Shown here piece by piece: positions 29,119-38,478 of a DNA stretch of 64,000 nucleotides. The notes beneath the pieces were generated by a model. That model worked only from the letters and a program-made list of their open reading frames with translations. It made no database searches and was not told the origin of the DNA. The stretch is from positions 96,001-160,000 of the forward strand of contig CP010425.1 in NCBI GenBank assembly GCA_000830295.1, given 5' to 3'. Numbering within the stretch: the stretch's first letter is position 1; the number at the start of each line of letters is the position of its first letter. Source of the DNA: an archaeon GW2011_AR15. GTDB taxonomy: Archaea; Nanobdellota; Nanobdellia; Woesearchaeales; GW2011-AR15. The position numbers and the translations under genes were made by a program.

Positions 29119-29739
29119 CTATTCCCCTCCTCCGACATAATCAACAGCGCTAAGAGTTATGATGCCGTCAACATGGCCGTCCGGAGCTGAGCTTTCTATA
29201 AGGAAGTCCATCCATGAACCGTAGGATATACTTTCATTTGTCCCGACTTCTGTAATATATGCCAGCATATTGTTGGTAACAACTTTTGCATCCTCCTTTA
29301 TAGGCCAGTATTCCCTTATTATGATCTCCTGGCCTAGAGGAAACACCCTTTCAGTCGGGTAGATGAAATAATACAGTTCATTGTCTATATCCCTCTTTAC
29401 AGTCAGCCAGGTGAAAGGCCTTTGTATTCCTATGTCATTATAATAATTCACAACTACAAAACCCGAGTAGCTGTCAATAACTGTCCCCCTGAAATTTTCA
29501 ACAGGCTCTCTCTCGAGCAGGTATTCAAAGGAATCTTCGATGTTATACTCGTAACCATCCCTGAACGGATTGTGGTTCTGTGATACGGGAAATGTCGGAA
29601 CCGGTGTAATCCTGCCGCTGCTCGGAGTTGGCGTTTTTTCAATTGTCAGGTCAACTATATCCCTCTCTTCTGCTGGACCGCAGGCTGCCATTGTTGCTGC
29701 CACGACCAGTGCTGCCAATCCCTGATATACTCTTTTCAT
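29119..29739 (-). CDS. Paralogous surface lipoprotein, family B (5th)
   Basis: Start MKRVYQGL; lipobox MAAC; family B motifs. Confidence 0.8.
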   Translation of the reverse strand: MKRVYQGLAALVVAATMAACGPAEERDIVDLTIEKTPTPSSGRITPVPTFPVSQNHNPFRDGYEYNIEDSFEYLLEREPVENFRGTVIDSYSGFVVVNYYNDIGIQRPFTWLTVKRDIDNELYYFIYPTERVFPLGQEIIIREYWPIKEDAKVVTNNMLAYITEVGTNESISYGSWMDFLIESSAPDGHVDGIITLSAVDYVGGGE

Positions 29740-29740
29740 T

Positions 29741-30433
29741 CTATTCCCCCTCTGCACTAATATATTCCACTGCTCCCAGTTCTATTATGCCGTCAACATG
29801 ACCATCGGGGGCTGAGCTCTCTATTATATAGTCCAGCCCGACATAATAATTTATGCTGCCTTCCTGCTTATCATTGGAAGTGATGTAAACGAGCATGTTA
29901 TTCATTAATGTAACGCCTTTCCTGATTGCCCAGTACTTCTCAATCTTGATCTCTTCTCCCTCAGTAAAAGTCCTTTCTCCGGGATATATAAGATATTCCA
30001 GACTGTCATCAACCCTGTCTCTTACAACCAGCCATGTAAACGGCCTGGAAACACTGCCATAGTCCCCACCATAATTATATATCATTTCTGCTTTATAGGT
30101 CTCGATTATGGTCCCGTAGAAATTTTCAACAGGTTTTCTTTCAAATATGTCAAATGAGGTCGAAGCATCATACTCAAGTGTGCTTACGGCAAACGGGTTG
30201 TCTATCTGCGATATTGATAAAGTCGGAGTTGGTGTTAGTGTCGGAGTCGGGGTGAATGTCGGTGTGCCTTCAAGTACTGAGTCTATTGTTTCAACTACTG
30301 GGGTCGGTTCTTCCTGTATCTCTGTGTTTCCGCCGAACCCATCTGTAAAATAGTACACTATCCCAACTACAGCAGCAACAGCTGTTCCCAAACCTACAAA
30401 TAACAGGCAACCATCACTTTCATCATAATACAT
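29741..30433 (-). CDS. Paralogous membrane-anchored surface protein, family B (4th)
   Basis: N-terminal TM, PT-rich linker, family B motifs. Confidence 0.8.
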   Translation of the reverse strand: MYYDESDGCLLFVGLGTAVAAVVGIVYYFTDGFGGNTEIQEEPTPVVETIDSVLEGTPTFTPTPTLTPTPTLSISQIDNPFAVSTLEYDASTSFDIFERKPVENFYGTIIETYKAEMIYNYGGDYGSVSRPFTWLVVRDRVDDSLEYLIYPGERTFTEGEEIKIEKYWAIRKGVTLMNNMLVYITSNDKQEGSINYYVGLDYIIESSAPDGHVDGIIELGAVEYISAEGE

Positions 30434-30434
30434 C

Positions 30435-31040
30435 CTATTCGCCCTCCGGCCCTATATATTCAACTGCACCCAGTTCTATTATACCGTCAACGTGGCCGTC
30501 CGGGGCTGAGCTCTCTATCTGAAAATTCATCCTGTCATCATAAGTGAATTCCCCCGGAATATCTGTTATGTATGTAAGCATATTGTTAAGTAATACTGCA
30601 TCCTCTTTTATTTCCCAGTATCTTGCTATCCTGACTCTCTGGCCTTCAGGAAAAATTCTTTCAGTAGGGTATATCATGTAATAGAGGTTATTGTCAGTTC
30701 CTCTTAGTATTATCCAGCTGAAGGGCCTCACTGTTCCTTCGTCGCCATAATCACCAACAGAATAACCTAAGTAGCTGTCTATAATTGTCCCCCTCAGCCC
30801 TTCAACTGGTTCTTCTTCAAAAAGATATTCAAAAGAGATTTTCTCATTAAAATTATAATTTATTCTGAACGGGTTATTGTCTCTTGAAATCGGGAATCCC
30901 GGGCCTTCTGTATAATCTTCGCCTGAAGGCGTGGCTGTTTCAGTATCCAGGCTGATAACTTCTCCTTGGGAACCTGGTTCGCACGACGCTATGGTTGCAG
31001 CCAGAACCAATGCTGCAAGACCCCGATATATTCCTTTCAT
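30435..31040 (-). CDS. Paralogous surface lipoprotein, family B (3rd)
   Basis: Start MKGIYRGL; lipobox IASC; family B motifs. Confidence 0.8.
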   Translation of the reverse strand: MKGIYRGLAALVLAATIASCEPGSQGEVISLDTETATPSGEDYTEGPGFPISRDNNPFRINYNFNEKISFEYLFEEEPVEGLRGTIIDSYLGYSVGDYGDEGTVRPFSWIILRGTDNNLYYMIYPTERIFPEGQRVRIARYWEIKEDAVLLNNMLTYITDIPGEFTYDDRMNFQIESSAPDGHVDGIIELGAVEYIGPEGE

Positions 31041-31041
31041 C

Positions 31042-31746
31042 TTACTTTTCCTCCGGGCTGATGTATTCCACAGCGCCAAGCTCAATTATCCCGTCGACAT
31101 GGCCATCGGCAGCCGGGCTTTCTATAGTAAAATCAAGGAGAGTGTAAAAGTCCTCGCTGCCCCTGTTATCCCTGGTGACATATGCAAGCATATTGTTCAT
31201 CAGTGTTACTCCTTCTTTTATTTCCCAATATCTCTGTATGTTAACTTCCTGGCCTATTGGGAATATTTTTTCTGCCGGATAGATAAGATAATGTATGCTG
31301 CCTATCTGGTCTCTTAAAATCATCCAGCTGAACGGCCGCAATGTCCCAGAGTCATATTCCACAGCCATATACCCAAGATAGCTGTCAACTACTGTTCCCT
31401 TGAGATTTTCTGAGGGATATCTTTCAAATATAAGGTCGAATGACTCATCCACATTATACTCAAGCGGGCTCTTGAAAGGGTTGTTCTCCCATGATATTGC
31501 CAAGGTGGGCGTCGGGGTCAATGTAGGGGTGGATATTAGTGTAGGTGTCGGCATAGCCGTATATTCAGGTGTGCCTAATGCTATGGACTCAAGAGTCTGT
31601 ACTGCTGCTGTCTCTTCCTGCTTCTGCTGCTGTTCTGCTGCTGCCAGCTCTGAATCAAATGCCCCTTTGCACATATAAATCATCGCTATCCCTAGAACTA
31701 TATACAATGCATTGTCCCATAGCCATTCGCCAACACTTCTTACCAC
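31042..31746 (-). CDS. Paralogous membrane-anchored surface protein, family B (2nd)
   Basis: N-terminal TM, PT-rich linker, family B motifs; GTG start at 31746 inferred. Confidence 0.75.
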   Translation of the reverse strand: MVRSVGEWLWDNALYIVLGIAMIYMCKGAFDSELAAAEQQQKQEETAAVQTLESIALGTPEYTAMPTPTLISTPTLTPTPTLAISWENNPFKSPLEYNVDESFDLIFERYPSENLKGTVVDSYLGYMAVEYDSGTLRPFSWMILRDQIGSIHYLIYPAEKIFPIGQEVNIQRYWEIKEGVTLMNNMLAYVTRDNRGSEDFYTLLDFTIESPAADGHVDGIIELGAVEYISPEEK

Positions 31747-31747
31747 C

Positions 31748-32440
31748 TTATTCGCCCTCTGGTGTAACATATTCGATTCCGCCAAGCTCTATGATGCCGT
31801 CTGTATGTCCGTCAGGGGCAGGGCTCTCTATACGGAATACTGTTTCAGCATAATAGTAGAGATTTTCTGGGTTGATTGAAATTATATATGCAAGTATATG
31901 ATTTGTAAGTGCTACATTTTTCTTTATCGGCCAGTACCTATCTATTATAACTTCTCCACCCGGAAAAACTCTCTCTGCCGGGTACATCAGGTATTCAAGT
32001 GAGTCGTCTTCCCTGTCCCTTACAACAAGCCAGGTGAACGGCTTGGCATACATCATCGTATCAAGATAATTTATATAAAGCTGGCCGGGGTAGCTCTCCA
32101 CTATTGTGCCGTAAAAATTCTCGACTGGCTCTGCCTCAAATATGCTGAATGAATCTGCAGGGTCGGTCCATGGCTGCGAGAAAGGGTTGTATTCTATTGA
32201 AGGAGGCACATCTGCAGGTGTTGGTGTAGCTGTAGGTTCCGGAGTGTGTGTTGCTGTTGCCTCCTCTAAAACTGTCTCTATTGTTGCTGCTGCAGGTTCA
32301 ATTGTTGCAGTCGGCTCCTGCTGTGTTTGCGGCTGGCTGAAAAAAGTATAAATTGTGGCTGTAACTACGCAAATTGCCATAGCGGCTGCAGGCACCAATG
32401 GCCAAAGGTTGGAGTTTGAATTACTCACCACTACCACCAT
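31748..32440 (-). CDS. Paralogous membrane-anchored surface protein, family B (1st)
   Basis: N-terminal TM, PT/AT-rich linker, KPFTWL...SPAPDGHTDGIIELGG; exact start uncertain. Confidence 0.75.
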   Translation of the reverse strand: MVVVVSNSNSNLWPLVPAAAMAICVVTATIYTFFSQPQTQQEPTATIEPAAATIETVLEEATATHTPEPTATPTPADVPPSIEYNPFSQPWTDPADSFSIFEAEPVENFYGTIVESYPGQLYINYLDTMMYAKPFTWLVVRDREDDSLEYLMYPAERVFPGGEVIIDRYWPIKKNVALTNHILAYIISINPENLYYYAETVFRIESPAPDGHTDGIIELGGIEYVTPEGE

Positions 32441-34019
32441 TCACAAACTTTATCCCCGCTTCCCTGCATTCCTTTGCACTGTTTTTTGAAAGCCACTCGT
32501 TCACTTCATAATTATACTGGTCGTGGTAGCTTATTCCTGCTGCAAGTCCTTTTATCATTCCAACCCTTTGTTCATGGGATGACTGCTGCCATTGTTCTAT
32601 GAAAGGCTGGCCTTTGTGATATGCCCGTGCAAGCTCTGTCTGCGTGCTCCTGTTTATAATCTCATAGAGCACAGAATCCGCTCTCATAGGAACAATAAGA
32701 TCAAGCTTTGTCTCCAGAGGAAGGGATTTGAAATAGAGCCCCTTGTCTGCCTGGCTCTCATGGCTCAGCGTGTCAAGCACAGTGTAGAAATTCTCTACTT
32801 CCTGAGGTATTGCGCTGTTGTGCTCTTTTATCTGCTTTATCAGCTCAAATGTGTCAATATCCTGCCTGTTTTTCATCTTAAGCTCTTCAAGCTTTTCCTT
32901 TCCTCTCTTGAAGGAAAATGTGACGAGCCCGAAATCATACAGAGTATTGATAACCCTGTCTGTGTCATATCCGTTTACCAGCTTTATGCTCCTGTTCTCG
33001 TATGATGCCTCAAGCTTTCCTGAATCGTCAAAATAGACAAAAAGGAACTTCCTGTTCCTGAACGCATAAAGCTCCTGCCCGTTTCTCCTGAGCTTGATGA
33101 AATCCTCCACACTCTCTACAGGGAACACATCAGGAAGCTGTATCCTGTCAAGCTGGCCGTGTATCTCTTTCGGTTTTCTGGAAAGCTCAATCATGCTTTC
33201 AAGATATCCTGGCTTCAGTATAAGATCCGGATCTTTCTTGACATCATTATATGAATCCTGGATTTTCTTTACCGCATCTACTGTGGCTGCTGCTGTATCA
33301 AGCGAAAGCTCCAGCCTGAAAATGCTTTCCGTGTAGTCTTTGATGTTCAGGAGTATATCCTGCAGGCTGAGCTCTGATATCTCTGTTTTCACTTGCCCGA
33401 AAAGCGCTTCTCCGAAGGTTATCTGCTCTATAAAAGGCGCTGCGGACTTGTTGAGTTTCTTGAGAAGGTTTTTCTTGAATGAGTAGTTTCCTCCGAGTAT
33501 GTCGCTGTCAAACTGCTTTAAAGACACAATTATATAATAATTATTCAGGCCTTCAATATCCGGGTCATGGCCGAGAGCATCTATGAAAAATGATTTCCTT
33601 CTTTGTCTCCTGCCGGTTATTGCATGCACTACATCTGCATATCTTTTTGCCTCCTCTCCTTCGATAGAATAAAGGAGCGGCTGCTTCAGCACAAGCTCTC
33701 CGGGATTTACATGCTTTCTTGTCTTTGAATGTATCTGCAGAAATGTGTCTTTTATCAGCGAAGACATGGATGAATCGCTTGGCAGCTCAACAGGTTCTTC
33801 TCTTGGCTGGGGCTCTGAGCGTATCTCTTCGAAAATAGACTCAAGGAAGTCCGGATTGCTGCTTCTCTCGCGCAGATACTCTTCCAGCATCTGCCTGTGC
33901 CTGTCGCTGTCTCCAGTCCTGCTACTCCCTGTTCTCCTTCTCCTTGGAGTTTCAGATGCCTGTCTTGCTCCTTTCTGAGTGAAACTTGAAAGGATGTCAT
34001 CTATTTTTTTGTCATCCAT
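32421..34019 (-). CDS. DUF6638-like protein (tentative)
   Basis: KRYADVVHAITGRRQRRKSFFIDALGHDPDI...NNYYIIVSLKQ resembles, from memory, the DUF6638 N-terminal motif; lies directly after an AAA ATPase. Confidence 0.55.
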   Translation of the reverse strand: MDDKKIDDILSSFTQKGARQASETPRRRRTGSSRTGDSDRHRQMLEEYLRERSSNPDFLESIFEEIRSEPQPREEPVELPSDSSMSSLIKDTFLQIHSKTRKHVNPGELVLKQPLLYSIEGEEAKRYADVVHAITGRRQRRKSFFIDALGHDPDIEGLNNYYIIVSLKQFDSDILGGNYSFKKNLLKKLNKSAAPFIEQITFGEALFGQVKTEISELSLQDILLNIKDYTESIFRLELSLDTAAATVDAVKKIQDSYNDVKKDPDLILKPGYLESMIELSRKPKEIHGQLDRIQLPDVFPVESVEDFIKLRRNGQELYAFRNRKFLFVYFDDSGKLEASYENRSIKLVNGYDTDRVINTLYDFGLVTFSFKRGKEKLEELKMKNRQDIDTFELIKQIKEHNSAIPQEVENFYTVLDTLSHESQADKGLYFKSLPLETKLDLIVPMRADSVLYEIINRSTQTELARAYHKGQPFIEQWQQSSHEQRVGMIKGLAAGISYHDQYNYEVNEWLSKNSAKECREAGIKFVNGGSGE

Positions 34020-35862
34020 CTTTCTTCTTACCTTTACCCAGTTTCTGCTTCATCCTCTCATAAAAACCCCTGGGTTCTTCGCCTGGAATGCTGCTCAGGC
34101 CCATAATTGCATCTGCATCTGCCTGCGCACCCCTGTTTCTCAGGATATATTCAACATTGGATTTGTGCTCTTCCTGGCGCTGCCTATCCATAACATCTTT
34201 CTCTTCTTTGAAGTAATGCCCTGCTATGCCCCTGATATCTTCATACGACAGCGGTTTTGAATGTTTTCTTTCCATCTCCAGGCATTCTTCAAGCGTTGTG
34301 TCAGGGTCATAATACTTTTCAGGAAGTTCTGAACGCATCGGCCTTATGCGCTTAATGGCATTAGTGCTGATATGGTCCACTGCTCTCCCGTTCATGCCGT
34401 ACTCTTCATAGCATAATTTCCCGAACTCTTCCCACTGCTTTTCAGTTATGCTGCTTATGTAATCCTTATAGTCTCTCAGCTTGATATCCCTGAACAGCTT
34501 CACAACACCCTCTCCGCTTTTTACTCCTTCTCCTTCCCACATATTTTCTTTCAGCCTTGAATATGCAGCAGCATCTTCAGGGAGGAAGTTGGCGTCGGCC
34601 CACCAGAACCATTTCCCGTTTTTCTTGCCGAGCGTGCCGTCAAATATGCCGAACATGATGTTCTGCACCTGCTTCTGCTCATTTGTGGTATGCGGGCTTT
34701 CCCTTGAAACCAGATAAGTGTCAAAGTCCGGCGTGTATACCATCACTGCGCCGTTCCATCCCACAATCTCATCCTCTATCCATCTCTGCAGGTTCTTGGC
34801 GCTTTCGAACTGGTATGCGGTCCCGTAGTCTGTAGGCCTCAGTATAATAACCCTTGCCGGAATATCCCTCTTGCTGCAGAATTCAAGGAATTCATTTGCT
34901 GTCGCATGCGCCAAAAATGTTTTTCCCTCTCCTGGCTTTGAAACGACAAACGCAGAGTGGCTGAAAGGAAGCCTGGGGTTAATCCACTCGTTATTCTTTT
35001 TCCTCAGCCCCCCTAAATTCCCTATCATTTCCCTTGCCATTTCCTTTACTTTGTCAAACCCGATAACATAATCCAGCTTTGCACTGTCCATCAGCTCAGC
35101 CGGCCTCATTATCTTGAATGAGGAATATGAGTAGCCGTCAAATGTTATCTCGTCAATCTTAAATTTCGTGGTCAGGTCCTCTTTTCTTGCAAGTGCGAGG
35201 AACTGGTCTTTGTAAATTTCTGCTGAGTTTATCATTGTTTTATAGAATGATGACAGGATAGTCATCATCTTATCTTCATCTGTATTTTTTATCTGCTCCT
35301 TGTTCTGGAGAAGCATAAGATAAAGCCCTCTTAGCGAGTCGCCGATTGCATCATAAAGAGGTCTCCTGAAATTGAAGCTTATAACTCTTGAATTATCTGT
35401 GATATCCACCATGGCTTTGTCTTCCAGCGTCTTTAGTCCTATAACAGAACCCACATAGACTGAATAGGCAATAACCCTCCCTTTATCTTTCATCAGTTTG
35501 TCCTGTTCTCTTAATTTTAGCTCTTCATCACTTATTTTTTTGAGCTCAAGTTCCCTGTCTGTTATATGGAGCTGGGAATCCAGCGCGCTGTATGCTGTAA
35601 GCGCTGCTGCTACCATCCTCTCAAGGCTGTTAATTGCGTCCAGCTGCTTATCAGTATTTTTTTTCTGCGGGAAACTCCCTATTGCATCTCTCATGAAGGT
35701 ATATAGGTTGTATCTTCTGCTGCCATCAACAGGTGGTGTGAGCTGATTGAGATATTCTATTGCGGCACTAAGGTTAAGATGATATTCCTCCTCACTTATC
35801 TCGATAGCTGTTTTGCCTGTAATGTCTTCAAGTTTCTTTGCTGCTACTTTATCGTCTGCGAT
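34012..35862 (-). CDS. AAA+ ATPase (classical AAA-like) with variant Walker B; probable ATC start at 35862
   Basis: Walker A SKPGEGKT, Walker B VMVYTPDFD, sensor-1 ADAN, Arg finger YSRL. Frame is open 56 codons upstream of ATG 35694, with SD GAGGTG. Confidence 0.8.
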   Translation of the reverse strand: MADDKVAAKKLEDITGKTAIEISEEEYHLNLSAAIEYLNQLTPPVDGSRRYNLYTFMRDAIGSFPQKKNTDKQLDAINSLERMVAAALTAYSALDSQLHITDRELELKKISDEELKLREQDKLMKDKGRVIAYSVYVGSVIGLKTLEDKAMVDITDNSRVISFNFRRPLYDAIGDSLRGLYLMLLQNKEQIKNTDEDKMMTILSSFYKTMINSAEIYKDQFLALARKEDLTTKFKIDEITFDGYSYSSFKIMRPAELMDSAKLDYVIGFDKVKEMAREMIGNLGGLRKKNNEWINPRLPFSHSAFVVSKPGEGKTFLAHATANEFLEFCSKRDIPARVIILRPTDYGTAYQFESAKNLQRWIEDEIVGWNGAVMVYTPDFDTYLVSRESPHTTNEQKQVQNIMFGIFDGTLGKKNGKWFWWADANFLPEDAAAYSRLKENMWEGEGVKSGEGVVKLFRDIKLRDYKDYISSITEKQWEEFGKLCYEEYGMNGRAVDHISTNAIKRIRPMRSELPEKYYDPDTTLEECLEMERKHSKPLSYEDIRGIAGHYFKEEKDVMDRQRQEEHKSNVEYILRNRGAQADADAIMGLSSIPGEEPRGFYERMKQKLGKGKKKDG

Positions 35863-35865
35863 TTT

Positions 35866-36966
35866 TTACACCTCATATATCCTTGCTTCTTCTCTCATCT
35901 TTGCCATCTCTATCAGCTGTTTCTGGAGCTGCTTGAGTTCTGTTGGAAGTACTATAAATTCATCAGACTTCATATCTTCCCTTGAAAATTCTTCTTTGGT
36001 TTCCCCAAGTATTTCTTTCTGCCCTGTGCTTACAAGATAGTCCCTTTTGGAAAGCATTACAAATGTGTCCGGGTGGTCCATGAACATTTTAGTTAGGGTC
36101 TCTGACATACTGGGTTTTCCGGGAAAATAGAAACCAGATATATAAACTCCTGAAACCATTTTCGGATGTATGCCCGGCAGTTTATTGAGAGACCACATCA
36201 GATGAGCTACCCCAAAGCTCCAGTCTCTCTCAAGTATCCCGAGAAGATCTTCTGAGATATGTTTTGTGCCATCGGCATCAACATAGATATGGCTTATTTT
36301 TCTTGTCTGCTTTTTTCCAAAAAGGGGCTTTGTTGATATATCTATCTCTTCTTTTTCCAGATCGCATGCATAGACTGCCCAGATGCTCTTTAGCTTATCA
36401 GGAATGGCAAACACTATCCTGTAAAGATTTTGGATATTATCATAGGGTATAATCTCCATGTTATCACTTACTGAGTTGATATCAAGCAAGTCTGCATTAT
36501 GTATGCCTTCCATGTATTTTCTCGTCCGGTATTCCTCTCTAATTTTTGCAAGCAGGCCCGATTCATCCTCTGTGGAAACTGAGTTGTCAAAAAGCAGCTT
36601 CCTGTAGGAGCCGAGGACTTCTTCAAGATCTTCTGCACGCTGAAGATGCTGCTCAGCAAACCTTTTGTCTGAGTGGAGTCTGGCATGCATCCCTATTTCA
36701 GGAAATCCATTTTCCCCGATTTCAGTCTCTGTATAAATTCCTCCGTTATCATGGTAATTCTGCTCATTGTCCAGCCTTCTCATCCAGCGTATGTCAGAAG
36801 AAAGTTTCTTTATGTGTCTGCTTATGTCCGGATATGCCGGCTTCAGCTTGTAATCTTTGCTAAGCTCAAGCTTAGTATCTGATAGAAGCCTTGATGAAAG
36901 TGCAGTGAGGCTTCTCTCCAAATCAAATAAGTATTTGTTATTAGCCTCACCTTCAAGCAATGCCAT
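35866..36966 (-). CDS. Conserved hypothetical protein of the AAA/DUF6638-type operon
   Basis: Long ORF with SD ggaggg; motif ENGFPEI...LHSDKRFAEQHL. Confidence 0.7.
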   Translation of the reverse strand: MALLEGEANNKYLFDLERSLTALSSRLLSDTKLELSKDYKLKPAYPDISRHIKKLSSDIRWMRRLDNEQNYHDNGGIYTETEIGENGFPEIGMHARLHSDKRFAEQHLQRAEDLEEVLGSYRKLLFDNSVSTEDESGLLAKIREEYRTRKYMEGIHNADLLDINSVSDNMEIIPYDNIQNLYRIVFAIPDKLKSIWAVYACDLEKEEIDISTKPLFGKKQTRKISHIYVDADGTKHISEDLLGILERDWSFGVAHLMWSLNKLPGIHPKMVSGVYISGFYFPGKPSMSETLTKMFMDHPDTFVMLSKRDYLVSTGQKEILGETKEEFSREDMKSDEFIVLPTELKQLQKQLIEMAKMREEARIYEV

Positions 36967-36996
36967 GCTTCCCTCCGAAAAAATGAAATAAAAAAA

Positions 36997-38283
36997 TTAG
37001 TTAAGCTTCGGGACCTCATAAGTGCCTACATCTGCATTGGCAGCTTCGTATAAAGTCCTTGTAAGCTCTTTTCTTTTCTCCCTAAGCTCTTCCCATTTTG
37101 CCTGCCTGTCATCCAGGATCTTCTCATATTCAACAATCTTCTCAGGATCCCATTTCTTTGTCAGGACATACTGGCTCAGCGCATCCATTATCTGGTCGCC
37201 TTCCTCAACTGCCAGCCTCAGCATCTGGTCAAAGACATTCCTGTAGTCAAGAAGTGCCTGGAATGACCTTACACCGAGTGCCTGCGCAAGGTTTATCTTT
37301 GTAAGCAGGTCTGTTGTAGGCTTTCCATACTCCAGCTCTGCGTGGTATTCGTTTGCCAGCAGTTCCTGCTGCCTTACAAGGCCTTTTATTGTTTTCTTGA
37401 GAATCCTCTCGTTAAGAGCGTATTCCTCTCCTGCCCTTGCAATGAACATGTCATAGCCTGTCTCTTTGAGCTTAAAGTCGTCAAGAGTATCTGTAAGGTC
37501 TGAGAGCTCTTTATTGAGTTTGTTGTATTTCTCTTTCTCAATAACAAGCTGCTTGTCTTTCTCCCTCTGGTCTGCATTTGACAGCTCTTCCACTGAAGCC
37601 TCAAGGGAAAGAGTGGGCATTATCCTGTTACCCTCACCGAATATTACTCCATAGACAGCCAGCACTTCTTTCTGCTGTGCCAGTCTATCATGAGTTGCAC
37701 TTACAGTTATCTCAAGTTCTTTCTGCTTTTGAAGGTTTGTATATAACTCCTTGCCAAGCCTGTGTATATCTGCGGCATAGAAATCTGATGCCTGCTTTGA
37801 CTCCTCGCTTACCCTGATAAGCATTGTCTTCAGTTCCCCGACAACCTTCTGGTTAGCATATAGAATTTCAATCATATCCTTATACTGGTCAGGGATTATG
37901 TTCATTTCTCCTTTTACAGAATTCCAGAAAATATTCTCAGCCCAGTTTCTTATTCTCTCAGAAGGGAAATTTTCTGCAATATATCTCCAGACTCCTCCCT
38001 TCTTTGTTATGCTGGTTATGCTTGATTTAAAGAGTCCTGCCTGCACGCCGTATCTTTTGATAAAATCCCTTTGTGTCTTGGCAATCTCAAAATATCCATC
38101 CATCCATTTCTGGAGCCTGGCGCTGTCAAACTGCTTTGACTGCACACCCCGTACTGTGCTCTTGAACTCATGCTGCATTGTACCTTTAGAAAATACGTCA
38201 TCCCATTCTTTTTGTGAAGGCGTTGTTACATTTCTTGCCTTAGCTAGTTTTTGTTCTAATGATTGTCCTGACTGTCCTGCCAT
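36997..38283 (-). CDS. Long coiled-coil protein, TelA/KlaA (toxic anion resistance)-like (tentative)
   Basis: All-helical heptad-rich 428 aa; C-terminal WDPEKI..YEKILDDRQAKWEELREKRKEL; first gene of the left arm. Confidence 0.5.
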   Translation of the reverse strand: MAGQSGQSLEQKLAKARNVTTPSQKEWDDVFSKGTMQHEFKSTVRGVQSKQFDSARLQKWMDGYFEIAKTQRDFIKRYGVQAGLFKSSITSITKKGGVWRYIAENFPSERIRNWAENIFWNSVKGEMNIIPDQYKDMIEILYANQKVVGELKTMLIRVSEESKQASDFYAADIHRLGKELYTNLQKQKELEITVSATHDRLAQQKEVLAVYGVIFGEGNRIMPTLSLEASVEELSNADQREKDKQLVIEKEKYNKLNKELSDLTDTLDDFKLKETGYDMFIARAGEEYALNERILKKTIKGLVRQQELLANEYHAELEYGKPTTDLLTKINLAQALGVRSFQALLDYRNVFDQMLRLAVEEGDQIMDALSQYVLTKKWDPEKIVEYEKILDDRQAKWEELREKRKELTRTLYEAANADVGTYEVPKLN

Positions 38284-38478
38284 TTTTTAATTCCCTCCTG
38301 TCAATATAATTTCATTCCCCTTTTTTAAGTTCCAGAACTTGAAGTCTATATTTAAAGCTTGCGTTGTGTTGTTACGGGCAAGTAGATAGTAATAGAAATG
38401 CTTAAATATTAACATTATATCCGGAATCTGAATTTAAAACCGCTTAAAAATTTAACAGAGGATGTTGAGGGGGAGACA
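38284..38478. promoter_or_regulatory. Divergent promoter region of the ~20 kb locus
   Basis: TATA-like tttaaata on the minus strand (~38349-38356) and cttaaata on the plus strand (38401-38408); strong SDs (ggaggg, gagggggag) before both first genes. Confidence 0.55.

Noticed and set aside
30220-30270. Short tandem DNA repeats here and near 31505-31550
   Set aside because: They encode Pro/Thr linker stalks within the surface proteins and are not independent elements.
26113-32440. Regularly spaced repeated DNA that might suggest a CRISPR array or DGR target
   Set aside because: The repeats are conserved parts of ~600-700 bp paralogous ORFs. There is no short repeat-spacer pattern, cas gene or reverse transcriptase in the window.
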